Source: Candidatus Melainabacteria bacterium 17Bon1m
Lineage (GTDB): Bacteria; Cyanobacteriota; Vampirovibrionia; Obscuribacterales; Obscuribacteraceae
DNA: 64,000 bases
NCBI GenBank assembly: GCA_032128875.1
Contig: JAVLKG010000007.1
Span: 128,001 to 192,000, forward strand
Direction: 5' to 3'
Position 1 is the first letter of the stretch, and each line of letters starts with the position of its first letter. This document shows positions 19,965 to 29,798 of the stretch, piece by piece. The notes beneath the pieces are model-generated. The model was not told where the DNA came from and ran no database searches. It saw only the letters and a program-made list of their open reading frames with translations. The position numbers and the translations under genes are program-made.

Positions 19965-20345
19965 TTACCTTTGGTTCCAGCTAAAACGGGATTTAGCCCT
20001 GTTTTCATAACGATTTGGCAGGTCCGGCGACGCGGCGTCTCGGCACCCTGGGAGCGCCGGCTGCCAGCCGGCTTCGGGCGGCATTAGTATCGTCCCTACA
20101 CTCATCCTTATGAACATCGGCTTAACCGTGTCCGGCACCTCATCAACCCCGCCGTCGTGAAATGGGTGACACTTGCAAATGCGCACCACACCTAGACGCA
20201 TGCCGGCCATCAATCCATGCTTTTCAATAGCTTGGCGAGTGTACTCAGAGCAAGAAGGGTAAAAACGGCACGCAGGCTGACGAAACCGCCTGGTCCATTG
20301 CCAGGCTTTCAAAAGTTTCAAAACTGCTGCTTTCGCTCTACTCAC
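19965..20345 (-). CDS. yidD: Membrane protein insertion efficiency factor YidD
   Basis: [10 protein letters not shown]...[17 protein letters not shown]. Confidence 0.92.
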   Translation of the reverse strand: MSRAKAAVLKLLKAWQWTRRFRQPACRFYPSCSEYTRQAIEKHGLMAGMRLGVVRICKCHPFHDGGVDEVPDTVKPMFIRMSVGTILMPPEAGWQPALPGCRDAASPDLPNRYENRAKSRFSWNQR

Positions 20346-20916
20346 GCGGCTTGCCCCCTGGCTCTCCGCCTCTTATCACGCCGTATTTGTGTTCTGCTTT
20401 GCTCAGACATTCATCCACGGCTTTCAAAATCTCAGCCCAACTGGCTTCCAGCGCAGCGGCATGCAGCACGAAAACGAGCACATACCATTGCCCGAGCTTG
20501 TAAGTGGCTCTGCCGGCTAACTCTGGCTTTGACCTTGTTTCTGTTTTGATTTCTGATTTGGCTTCTGTACATATAGCTGTATTCTGGACCGTTTTCTCGC
20601 CAGCTGCTTGGGCTGTATCTGAGTGGCCTTCTCGCAAAGAACGTGTCAGGAGCCTATACGCTTCTCTGACACGTCGTTTTACTCGATTACGCGCTACTGC
20701 GCTTTTGAGCACCTTTTTTGCAGCTACGAAGCCAACAAAGGGCATTCTTACTGCATTGAACGTTTGTTTCGCTCCTGGTGCTTTCCTCTCGCTCTTGGCG
20801 CGAGGTACAACGTACAAGGTTACAAGGCGCGTGTTTACGTTCTTCCGTCCCGTGTAGGCTCTCTGGAAAACGCTGGATTTTCTCAGCCTTTCATTAGCGG
20901 GAAGCAAGAGCGACAA
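20338..20916 (-). CDS. rnpA: Ribonuclease P protein component
   Basis: [14 protein letters not shown] and [19 protein letters not shown] (RNR motif); position between rpmH and yidD. Confidence 0.92.
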   Translation of the reverse strand: MSLLLPANERLRKSSVFQRAYTGRKNVNTRLVTLYVVPRAKSERKAPGAKQTFNAVRMPFVGFVAAKKVLKSAVARNRVKRRVREAYRLLTRSLREGHSDTAQAAGEKTVQNTAICTEAKSEIKTETRSKPELAGRATYKLGQWYVLVFVLHAAALEASWAEILKAVDECLSKAEHKYGVIRGGEPGGKPRE

Positions 20917-20922
20917 CCCATC

Positions 20923-21057
20923 CTAAACGGAGAGTCTGTAACGGCCTTTTGCCCGACGTGCCTTGATAACTTTCTGTCCGTTCTTGGTGGACATTCTCTT
21001 CAAAAAGCCGCTTCCTCTTTTAACTTTGATAAAAGATCCGCGCAATGTTCTCTTCAT
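20923..21057 (-). CDS. rpmH: 50S ribosomal protein L34
   Basis: Hand translation [51 protein letters not shown]; below ORF-track cutoff. Confidence 0.95.
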   Translation of the reverse strand: MKRTLRGSFIKVKRGSGFLKRMSTKNGQKVIKARRAKGRYRLSV

Positions 21058-21466
21058 TGGTGTAACTCCTGGGGACCAACTACTTTCATGTTTTGGCGTG
21101 GCAAAACTTGAAAAAATTCTTGGCTAGCATACATAGCTAAAACGAATAGCTGTCTATGCTATCATCTCCCGCATATGTTTTTAGCTCTTCCCCACGCGGG
21201 ACAGAGTAAAAAAATTCACGAAATAGCCGAGATCGGTAAACCAAATCTCCGGCTATATTTTTTAGTCTGCCTATGCGGTGCATCAACCCTCTTCGCCAAG
21301 CACGTTGAAACCGAGACAGGCAGCTAATTTTCAGTGGTCGCCCCCGCTGGCATCTTTGCTTCGGCAGGCGCACAACTGAATTAGGGAATCCTCATCTGTT
21401 TTTTTCGAATTTGGCCGACTTTTGTAAAGACGGCAGCCTTACCAACTGAGTGCGCGGAGCAATTGC

Positions 21467-22981
21467 ATGATGACCAAAGAGCGGGATGATGTTCGCCTCA
21501 TGAAGTCTTCCGCTGAGATTTGGGCAGATGTGCTGGACATTCTTAAGCCGCAAGTAAAAGAAGCCCCCTTCAATATGTTCTTCACGCAAGCCGTGTGCAA
21601 ATCGGTTGACGCGAATGAAGCAACCGTTGCTCTTGTTAACGAGTTTGGCCGCAACGTGATGTTCAACCAATACCAAAAGCTGGTAGAGACAGCGTTTGAG
21701 CAAGCAACCCACGCAAAGATCAAAGTCACTTTTGTTATTGATGCAAGCATCGCATCGGGTCGCTACGAACCTTCCATCGCCAACATCACTGTAATTCCGC
21801 AAGGAGAAGCGCGAGAAGCGCTGGATTTATCCAATGCATTGATGAATGCGACTGGCGATAGTGTTTCTCTTTCTGGTGCATCTTCTGGGGGAAACTACCC
21901 GGGGCCGCCGCGCAATCAGGCTTTTTCGGTTCAGCCGATCAATCAATCTCTAGCCACAAAGGCAAATCTCAACGAGAAGTACACTTTTGAAACGTTCGTA
22001 GTCGGCTCAAACAACCGTTTTTGCCACTCTGCAGCACTCGCTGTTGCTCAAAAACCGGGTCAGGCTTACAACCCACTCTTTGTATATGGTGGAGTCGGAC
22101 TGGGCAAAACGCACCTTATGCAAGCCATAGGACACGAGATTTTGCGCAATTCGCCGAACACCAATGTCAAATACATTACTTGCGAACGTTTCACAAACGA
22201 GCTTATTAACTCAATCCGCGATGATCGCATGATCGATTTCAGAAAACGATACCGGCAAGTGGACGTACTTCTCATAGACGACATCCAATTCATCGCCGGC
22301 AAAGAATCCACCCAGGAAGAGTTTTTCCATACCTTCAACGCGCTTAGAGATGCCAATCGTCAGATTGTTCTCTCGTCCGACCGTGCGCCCAATGCAATTG
22401 CCACCCTCGAAGAACGGCTTAAGAGCCGCTTTGCCTGGGGTCTCATTACGGATGTTCAGGCGCCCGATTTAGAAACTCGCATGGCGATCCTGCGCAAGAA
22501 GTCCGAAATGGATAGGTTGTCTGTAAAAGACGAATTTATAGAATTGATCGCTTCTATGTATACGAATAATATTCGTGAGCTGGAAGGCGCACTAATACGG
22601 GTTCATGCCTATGCGAGTTTGACTGGAGAGGATCTCAACCCACGGGATCTAATTGCCTTGCTGAAGCCGGAAGGCGCTACAGCGCCCAAACCACAGATAA
22701 CTCTCGAGCTAATACTAAATACAGTAGCGGAGATGTATCACGTCGAACCTTCCGAACTCCGCTCCCAGAAGCGTTCTGCTGACCTCGCATTGCCAAGGCA
22801 TATAGCAATGTACCTCGCACATGAGTTGTGTCAAATGAGCTTTCCCCGCATCGGAACGGCATTTGGCAACCGCAAACACACATCTGCCATATATGCGATC
22901 AAGAAGATCCGCGAGGAGAGCGAATCCGACCGCGATCTTTCTGAGTCGATCCGCAAAATCCGTCACAAGTTGGGCGTTTGA
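21467..22981 (+). CDS. dnaA: Chromosomal replication initiator DnaA
   Basis: YTFETFVVGSNN, YNPLFVYGGVGLGKTHL, LLIDDIQF and NIRELEGAL; alt start 21500. Confidence 0.98.
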   Translation: MMTKERDDVRLMKSSAEIWADVLDILKPQVKEAPFNMFFTQAVCKSVDANEATVALVNEFGRNVMFNQYQKLVETAFEQATHAKIKVTFVIDASIASGRYEPSIANITVIPQGEAREALDLSNALMNATGDSVSLSGASSGGNYPGPPRNQAFSVQPINQSLATKANLNEKYTFETFVVGSNNRFCHSAALAVAQKPGQAYNPLFVYGGVGLGKTHLMQAIGHEILRNSPNTNVKYITCERFTNELINSIRDDRMIDFRKRYRQVDVLLIDDIQFIAGKESTQEEFFHTFNALRDANRQIVLSSDRAPNAIATLEERLKSRFAWGLITDVQAPDLETRMAILRKKSEMDRLSVKDEFIELIASMYTNNIRELEGALIRVHAYASLTGEDLNPRDLIALLKPEGATAPKPQITLELILNTVAEMYHVEPSELRSQKRSADLALPRHIAMYLAHELCQMSFPRIGTAFGNRKHTSAIYAIKKIREESESDRDLSESIRKIRHKLGV

Positions 22982-23532
22982 GAGCCTGTAGAAAACTTGT
23001 AGAAAATCTGTCGATTTCTTGTAGGCGAACTGTGTAATACGCTACACGACGGGTTTTTGATCGATCGTGTTTTACACACCCCGCCTACAGGTTTTTGACA
23101 TGCGAGAAGTTTCGCCTGTTTGCGTTTCAAGCGTTATCTACAGAAAACGCCCGGCCCTACTACTTCTTATTTAGTAATTTTATAAAACCGGAAGTAACAG
23201 CCAATAGCAAAGGACCGTCAGAGAGCGGGATCCGGCTAGGTTTAGATCAATACGCACAAAAGATATGCAGAACGATCCGGCATCAGAACTGGCTTGAATT
23301 CTAGGTTTCAAACAAATCGATCAACGATCGATCCGATACGGAGATCGATGCAGATCTATATCGATCAGGATCGAGAACCGGTTTCACTCAAAAATCAAAG
23401 CGAATTCAGAAAACCGCAAACGCTAAAGAACTGGCACACAGCCTAGAAACTCTCCGAAAAACACTTGATCTAGGGCCTGTCAGGAAGTTACTCTTTACTT
23501 TCCTAACCACAAAGTCGTGCGAGGTTGTATAT
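22982..23532. other. oriC
   Basis: Between dnaA and dnaN; TGTAGAAAA-type box array, TTATCTACA box, GGCCC-TACTACTTC trio-like motif, AT-rich unwinding element, GATC cluster. Confidence 0.85.
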
Positions 23533-24753
23533 ATGCAGTTCGATGTCCAAAAGGACGTGCTCGTTAAAGCACTGCGAGATGTCACAAGCGCAGTGGCGAC
23601 ACGCGTTGTACAACCTATTCTCAGTAATGTTCTCATTGAGACAAGAGAGAACAGCACTTTGAGATTTCAGGGCACGGACCTCGATATCACTATCGAGACC
23701 AAAGTACCTGGCATGATCGAAGAGAAGGGTTCAGTAACTCTTCCAGGTAAAAAGCTTTTGGAAGTCGTGAGCAAACTGCCTAACAAGACAGTGCGTTTCA
23801 AAGTCAATCCAGAGACATTAGAAACAACAGTCACGTGCGAGCGCTCTAAATTCAATTTGACAGGCTTGCCCTCTGACGATTTCCCAAAACTTGTAGACAG
23901 CGCAAACGTAGACGGAGTCTTGATGCCGTCCGATGTTCTTCGCCGTTCAATCCAACAAACCAGCTTCGCTGCCGCTAACTACGATGCGTCCAGCGTACTG
24001 GGCGGCGTCTACCTCGTCATCAACGAAGGCATTTTTGAATGCACCGCCACTGATGGCAGCAGACTTGCACACAGAAAAGAAGAATTGAGCGTCAGTGCTC
24101 GCTCTTCGCGTCGTGTAGAAGGCGACAAGGAGACCGAAGAAGGTCAAAAATCCGCAACTGCGACTCTCGACAAACCCATGTATTTGAAAGCCATCGTGCC
24201 GGCACGCGCCTGCACTGAATTGGTGAAATTGCTCGATGCACAAGAAGGCGAGAAGGGTGCCAAAGACGGCTCCGGCTCAATGAAAGAAGTTCGAATCGCA
24301 ATGGTGAGCGGACAAATCGTATTCGAAACCGAAACACACTATCTCTCTTCTCGTTTGATCGGTGGTGAATATCCGCGCTACCAAGAGCTTTTCCCAACCG
24401 AGTACAAGTACCTCGGTGAGCTGAAAGCGGATGATTTCGTCTCTTCTATCGAGCGTGTTGCAGTTATGTCCGACGATCGCACTCACCTGGTGAAGTTGCA
24501 CTTCGAGGGCGACACTCTCCAAATCTCTGCTAACACCCCTGATGTTGGTCAAGCACAGGACGAAACACAAGTCCAATTCGAAGGACAAGTGCTCGATATC
24601 GCAGTCAACGTCCGCTATTTGATCGACGTGTTGCAGCGTCTTGCAGGTGCTCCAATCCGCATGGAAATGACTGGTCCGTTAAAACCAATCATCATCAAAA
24701 CCGGCGCTGACGACAAATACCGCTACTTGCTGATGCCGGTTCAAGCCCGCTAG
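23533..24753 (+). CDS. dnaN: DNA polymerase III beta clamp
   Basis: PILSNVLI, GTDLDITI, ATDGSRLA, SRLIGGEYPRY and YLLMPV. Confidence 0.97.
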   Translation: MQFDVQKDVLVKALRDVTSAVATRVVQPILSNVLIETRENSTLRFQGTDLDITIETKVPGMIEEKGSVTLPGKKLLEVVSKLPNKTVRFKVNPETLETTVTCERSKFNLTGLPSDDFPKLVDSANVDGVLMPSDVLRRSIQQTSFAAANYDASSVLGGVYLVINEGIFECTATDGSRLAHRKEELSVSARSSRRVEGDKETEEGQKSATATLDKPMYLKAIVPARACTELVKLLDAQEGEKGAKDGSGSMKEVRIAMVSGQIVFETETHYLSSRLIGGEYPRYQELFPTEYKYLGELKADDFVSSIERVAVMSDDRTHLVKLHFEGDTLQISANTPDVGQAQDETQVQFEGQVLDIAVNVRYLIDVLQRLAGAPIRMEMTGPLKPIIIKTGADDKYRYLLMPVQAR

Positions 24754-24862
24754 TAACATTTCTACTCTTGCGATTTTTTGTGCGCCTTCGCCCGTTTCTG
24801 TTCGTTTGTAACATGAGCGTTGCGGGTATAGGATGTAGGGGTGCACGTGGAGAGGTGTAGCA

Positions 24863-25060
24863 ATGATATGTCCAAAGTGCGATGAGACCATGACCGTTTC
24901 GCGTGAGTCATACACCACACGTAATTCGAATCCGCCAAATCGCGGAAGACATTTGTATTATGATCACCACCAATATCACTGTGAAAATTGTGATGTTTGG
25001 CTCTCTTTGGAAATTCCACAAGTTGGCAGTGAAACAGAAGTGTCCGCCAGAATTGCTTGA
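24863..25060 (+). CDS. Small zinc-ribbon protein
   Basis: CPKC...CENC; GGAGAGG SD. Confidence 0.65.
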   Translation: MICPKCDETMTVSRESYTTRNSNPPNRGRHLYYDHHQYHCENCDVWLSLEIPQVGSETEVSARIA

Positions 25061-25100
25061 TTGGTACAACTACAACAAAACGCGAAAGCCCAATCCGCAT

Positions 25101-26393
25101 TTATTTTTTTCTGAGTTCTTTTCTGCTTTTGTTTGAGATGGTGTCGATGTCTTTCAAAACGTCCATTTCTTCTTGGTAGAGACGCGTGGTTGACTTGAAG
25201 AGAGGATTCGCAGAGCGCACGAAAGCGGCTTCTTGCGCTCGGAATTGATCTGCTTCTTTGTTCTTTTTCTGATTACGCATAGAGCGTTCTATTTCGTTAG
25301 ACATCTCGATAAACTTATGCGTGCCGTCGCGCTTTAGCTCAATCTTTGCCATCTCATACGCTCTGCGAAAGTTTTTCTCGGCTTCTGCGTACTTTCCTCT
25401 CCCTTCGCAGAGATAGCCGAAATTGCGAATGGCGAGCAGCTCTTTGTATTTGCTTTTAGTCTTAATTGCATCAGCGAGCTGCTTGCGACACCACACTTCC
25501 GCGCCGTCGTAATCTGCATACATGCAGCAAAAGCTGAAGCGGTATCTTTCGATTTCCCCGGACATTCCAGCTTCATCGAAATTCCTTTTAAGTTCGGCGA
25601 AAATCTTCGTTGCATCAGCCTTTCGTCCAAGTTTTTCGTAAACACAGCCGAGATAAATCAACCAGCGAGCGCTGTGAACCCACGCTTTGCCCGTGAGTCC
25701 TTTCATGTCGCTGCGAATTTTTTCCAGTTGAACTCTCGCTGCATTCCAATCCTTCTGTGTGATGCAAACTGATGCGTATTGGCTTCTCACCTCGATCAGC
25801 TTGGGGTGTTTTTCACCGAATACTTTTGTTTGAATGTCGATGGTGTGCTGCAAAGCATAGAGGGCCTTAAGCTGCGCCGCGCGACCATACGGCAGCTCGC
25901 CTCTGGTGACGCCACTGTATTCAGCATAAGTGTTGGCGAGGTCTTCCATGGCGAGCGCTGCTACTTCATCGAGCGCGTTCTTCTTATTGAGGTCGCCGGC
26001 AAGTTTCATGACTTCTTGAAAGTAAGGTTCTGCTTTTTTCGCATCGCCCTGGTCGATGATGGCGCAAATGAGCTTTGCCAAAACCTCAACGCACTTAGAT
26101 GGATTGTCTCCGTAGGCCTTCGCCTTCTCCAGCGTCTTCAAATAGATCTTCTGGGCAAGAACATAGTCCCGGCGTTTGTACGCGCTGTAGCCCCTGTCGA
26201 AGTCCTCTTGCCACTTTGCCCAGCGTTCGTCAGGTGCCCAACGACCCATAATGTCGTGCGGGTCAGCAAGAACCATTGCGCCAGGTGCGTGGAAAACTTT
26301 CAAGGTTGCTTCAACAAAAACAGCCAGCAGAAGCGAAAATGCAATAACACCACTCACTCGATCTAGCTTTCTGGATAAGCTATGTGCCTTCAT
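25101..26393 (-). CDS. TPR-repeat protein with N-terminal TM
   Basis: TPR-like helices (GKYAEAEKNFRRAYEM, FGEKHP). Confidence 0.8.
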   Translation of the reverse strand: MKAHSLSRKLDRVSGVIAFSLLLAVFVEATLKVFHAPGAMVLADPHDIMGRWAPDERWAKWQEDFDRGYSAYKRRDYVLAQKIYLKTLEKAKAYGDNPSKCVEVLAKLICAIIDQGDAKKAEPYFQEVMKLAGDLNKKNALDEVAALAMEDLANTYAEYSGVTRGELPYGRAAQLKALYALQHTIDIQTKVFGEKHPKLIEVRSQYASVCITQKDWNAARVQLEKIRSDMKGLTGKAWVHSARWLIYLGCVYEKLGRKADATKIFAELKRNFDEAGMSGEIERYRFSFCCMYADYDGAEVWCRKQLADAIKTKSKYKELLAIRNFGYLCEGRGKYAEAEKNFRRAYEMAKIELKRDGTHKFIEMSNEIERSMRNQKKNKEADQFRAQEAAFVRSANPLFKSTTRLYQEEMDVLKDIDTISNKSRKELRKK

Positions 26394-26479
26394 GTGAGCG
26401 GCTTTATGTGTTCGGTACGGTAATACTGAGACGCCGATTTGATCTATTGATCTGTCCGGTATTAACCGTTTGAAAAATA

Positions 26480-26553
26480 CGGGACCGACGGGACTCGAAC
26501 CCGCGACCTCCTACGTGACAGGCAGGCGCTCTAACCAACTGAGCTACGATCCC
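26480..26553 (-). tRNA. tRNA-Asp(GTC)
   Basis: GGGATCGTAGCTCAGTTGGTTAGAGCGCCTGCCT-GTC-ACGTAGGAGGTCGCGGGTTCGAGTCCCGTCGGTCCCG; CCA not encoded. Confidence 0.97.
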
Positions 26554-26908
26554 ATGTTCGTCAGTCTAAACCCGACGGACATTTCGGTGCGATTGGGATG
26601 GCTAATGAGGAATCACTTGCCAGCCTACACACCGGAATCTGAGTATAGCACACGCATATAGGCGCGTTCTGGCTGGCGGGCGTTTACGGCCGTCTGTTTA
26701 CATTTGCTGTTTGTCATTTGCAGTTCGGCACTTGTTTAACCGTTCTCTTTGAATCGGGCCGAGCGTAATTCTTGAAAGCTTCCTTTCGTTAGCCTGTCAT
26801 CGTTTCGGAGTTTTTTAATGAGGAAATCGTAGTCTCCCCAGTGTCTAAGATGAGAGCCGTCTCTAATATGGGTTTTACATTCCCTCCGGAATCCCCATAG
26901 GAGTTCTC

Positions 26909-27667
26909 ATGACTGGTGCAAACCAGACAGGCGAAGCATTCAGCAACTCACTATCTAGTCAGATGGTGGCAGAGGCAGGTGCTGATAATGTTGCCAAAAT
27001 ATCGGCAGAAAAAGCTGATGCGTCGAATTCGCTATGGCAAGCAGCATACGAAAACCCGGGCACCACAGCTCTGGTGGTGGGCGGAACAGCATTGGCAGTC
27101 GGCGCTGCAATCGCAAGCCGGGGCAAGTTGGCAAAACTCTTACCTACTGCAAAAAACGACGTGTTGCTAGTTGAAGATAGCGCGATGTTCGGCAATGCAT
27201 TTAAAGAAACGCTCGAGTCTCAAGGCAATCGAGTTACGTGGGTAACTGGTGCTGAGGACTTGAAAGCGCTTAAGGCGGGTATTGCGACTGGACCAAGTGG
27301 TCAGCCGGTGCCTGTACATTTGGAACGTTATCGTGCGGCATTCGTTGATGGAGATCTTGCTGGAAAGGTCACAGGAGCTCAAGTTGTTGAGCGCCTTACT
27401 GCGCAGCATGTTGCCAGCGTTGGTATCAGTTCGCAGCCTACTATGAACGCCGCGATGTTGAAGGAAGGTGCAATTGCTGCTGATCTGAAGCCTTCAGTAT
27501 TTGGCGCATTGGTAAACAAAGAAATCAGCGTGAGTGGAATTTTGAAAGACCCCACCGCGGTCCAAGGAAAGCTTGATTCATTCAGAACCCGTTTCATGGC
27601 TGACAGCACAGTCGGAGCCAAAGCTTCTGAAATTTTGAAAAAGGCAATGGAAAGATTTGGCGTCTAA
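26909..27667 (+). CDS. Hypothetical protein with TM and receiver-like domain
   Basis: VLLVEDS...AAFVDGDL...TGAQVV resembles a REC fold; AGGAG SD. Confidence 0.6.
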   Translation: MTGANQTGEAFSNSLSSQMVAEAGADNVAKISAEKADASNSLWQAAYENPGTTALVVGGTALAVGAAIASRGKLAKLLPTAKNDVLLVEDSAMFGNAFKETLESQGNRVTWVTGAEDLKALKAGIATGPSGQPVPVHLERYRAAFVDGDLAGKVTGAQVVERLTAQHVASVGISSQPTMNAAMLKEGAIAADLKPSVFGALVNKEISVSGILKDPTAVQGKLDSFRTRFMADSTVGAKASEILKKAMERFGV

Positions 27668-28731
27668 ATACTTGCCAGGCATTTTCCTGCTTTAAGTCTA
27701 GGTAGAACTTCGTTTTTCCACACATCTTCTGACGTGTGCAATAGGAACGAAACGTTAGAAATAATGCCGACTTCTGGGCTTGATTTTGCGTCTGTGGGAA
27801 CCAATTCATGCAGGTTGATTTGGTTTTGAAATGATTTGGCAACAGCCAGGCTGTATTGAATTCCGTGCACAGCTGCAATCGGGCCGAGGTCTTTGCGAAT
27901 GACAGTAATCTGGCATGAAGGCACCGTTTCCAGCAGAGCGTTGAGTGTTCCTGGATCGAACAAAGGTTTGTTTGAAACATCAACCAGCACCACCCCTGGT
28001 GCAACAGTAACAGCGGATTTTACAAGTTCGTGAGAAACTCGCACCGCTTGATCGTAGTTTTCAACCTGCTCCTCTAGTCTGTTTCGCGCCGCTTCATTCC
28101 CTTCAACCGCCTTAAGCCAATCAGAGAAAAGTTTCTGATGGGCAATTTCTCTATCTTTCGGTTTTGTCGCATCATAGGAGGGAATTACGGCTATGCCCTT
28201 CGCCAAAAGTTGACTAATGGGAGTGCCCGTAACTTGTAACTGTGGCTCACCATCAAGTTTTGCGGCGTCTTCGTCCAGTCCTTCGTAAGTGATCCCGGCC
28301 GCTTTCATTGCTGCGGTAAGTCCGTCTGCATCAGGGTCGGCAATGATGGCAACAGCACCGGTAAACTCTCCAGCCTTTACTAGTGTGCTGCAGGCAGGAT
28401 GCAATCTGCGAAAAGTAATCGTGCAGTTATCGCCAAGCATTTGTCTAAGCTTGTGTGTTGCTTTTACGACGCGCGCTTCGCGGTCATTCGTCGGCTCTCC
28501 TTCTATACCGTGATGATCGCGAAAAACCACATCGAAGCCTTCATCTTTCAATCGCTCGACTGCTTCGACGGTCGCATTGGTAATGGGCGTATCTATGAAG
28601 AGAATGGTGTTGCTGCTGGATGAGTGAAACTTGAAAGCATCGCGAACAAAACCAATGATCGTCTCTACATCTTCGGGCGTGAAAGCCTTGATGAATAGCG
28701 CAGGAACGTTGTTGATGGTCAGTTTGATCAT
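27664..28731 (-). CDS. DHH-phosphoesterase-like protein with rearranged motif order
   Basis: ILFIDT, FRDHHG and IIADPDADG motifs. Confidence 0.65.
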   Translation of the reverse strand: MIKLTINNVPALFIKAFTPEDVETIIGFVRDAFKFHSSSSNTILFIDTPITNATVEAVERLKDEGFDVVFRDHHGIEGEPTNDREARVVKATHKLRQMLGDNCTITFRRLHPACSTLVKAGEFTGAVAIIADPDADGLTAAMKAAGITYEGLDEDAAKLDGEPQLQVTGTPISQLLAKGIAVIPSYDATKPKDREIAHQKLFSDWLKAVEGNEAARNRLEEQVENYDQAVRVSHELVKSAVTVAPGVVLVDVSNKPLFDPGTLNALLETVPSCQITVIRKDLGPIAAVHGIQYSLAVAKSFQNQINLHELVPTDAKSSPEVGIISNVSFLLHTSEDVWKNEVLPRLKAGKCLASI

Positions 28732-28781
28732 GATGCGTACTTTCTGTAAGGGCGACGGCAAGTGCCGGCTAGATCAATTGG

Positions 28782-28967
28782 TTATTGCTGGAGTGGCTCG
28801 GCTGAAAACGATGTGATACTAACGTCTTCGGCTTGGTAGGAAATAGAAATTGGATTGCAGCAGACTTCGCAGTCTTCTACATACTCCTGCCCTCCAGAGC
28901 TCAGGTCTAGCAACATCGATATTTCTTCCCAGCAATAAGGACAAGTGAAGAAGTGTTCTTCGAGCAT
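28782..28967 (-). CDS. CPXCG-motif cysteine-rich protein
   Basis: CPYCWE...QEYVEDCEVCCNPI. Confidence 0.85.
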   Translation of the reverse strand: MLEEHFFTCPYCWEEISMLLDLSSGGQEYVEDCEVCCNPISISYQAEDVSITSFSAEPLQQ

Positions 28968-29464
28968 TTAGTTTAGAACGTCCCGATTGATCCTTTCTTA
29001 TCGTACATTCTGAGCGGTTTTTCACGACGAAGGTGAAAGCGTGATGCAAGAAAAACACACATTGCTGCCAAGTGGTTGTGCGGCTGCGCGAGCGATAACG
29101 AGAATGGTGCGCGGTTGTCAAAGGTGTGGTTGTTTGATGTTTTGCTGGATCGTGAACGAGTGTTGCGGGCGGTGCGGTTGCAAAAGTTTGCATTACACGC
29201 GCGTATCCAGAGTTCTTTATTCGTAGAGTTATTTTGTTTCACTCGTATTTCTTTCTCCTCCAACTTCCTCATCGAAATCAAAACCTAATCTCGCTTTATC
29301 GAGAGTTTTTGCTTCTTAGACGCGCAGAGTGTCTTTGAAGTAGAGATACGTTTTGGTTTTGGAAACGAATCTCGGCATGTTGTCGGTTCGGTCGAGCGAA
29401 GTGCGTGTGTGTGGATCTGCGCGTGAAAAGAACAATCTGAAAATCGAAACGAAAGGAACTCCCT

Positions 29465-29683
29465 ATGTCCAACAAATCCCCCCTCGGCGATCGTGGCAAG
29501 GCTGCTGAAGACCAGTGGGCTCGCGAGCAGGACCGCCAGGCCATCGAGAAGATGAAGACGAAGGACGGCACCAAGAAGGACGGCGACAAGGAAGGCTGCG
29601 GCTGCAAGGGCTCGAAGAAGTCCGGCACCTGCGCCGACCACGACAAGACCGACCCCAAGGATTGCTGCAAGAAGAAGAAGTAA
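29465..29683 (+). CDS. Small Lys/Cys-rich protein with IF1/zeta-like N-terminal helix
   Basis: AAGGA SD; strong codon bias; LGDRGKAAEDQWAREQDRQAIEKMK followed by CGC, C and CC residues. Confidence 0.75.
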   Translation: MSNKSPLGDRGKAAEDQWAREQDRQAIEKMKTKDGTKKDGDKEGCGCKGSKKSGTCADHDKTDPKDCCKKKK

Positions 29684-29798
29684 GGCGCCGGCGCGGTTGT
29701 TCGCTTGGTGATTCGCTTCGGCGATAACCCGTAGAGGAGCTTGTGCCGCTCTTCTACGGCGAACATACTGCTGCTGTTGCCGGTGAAAGGAGCTAGAT

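Noticed and set aside
24863-26553. tRNA-Asp as an island integration site
   Set aside because: No integrase and no duplicated tRNA 3' end seen.
26470-26661. 63-aa ORF
   Set aside because: Antisense to tRNA-Asp.
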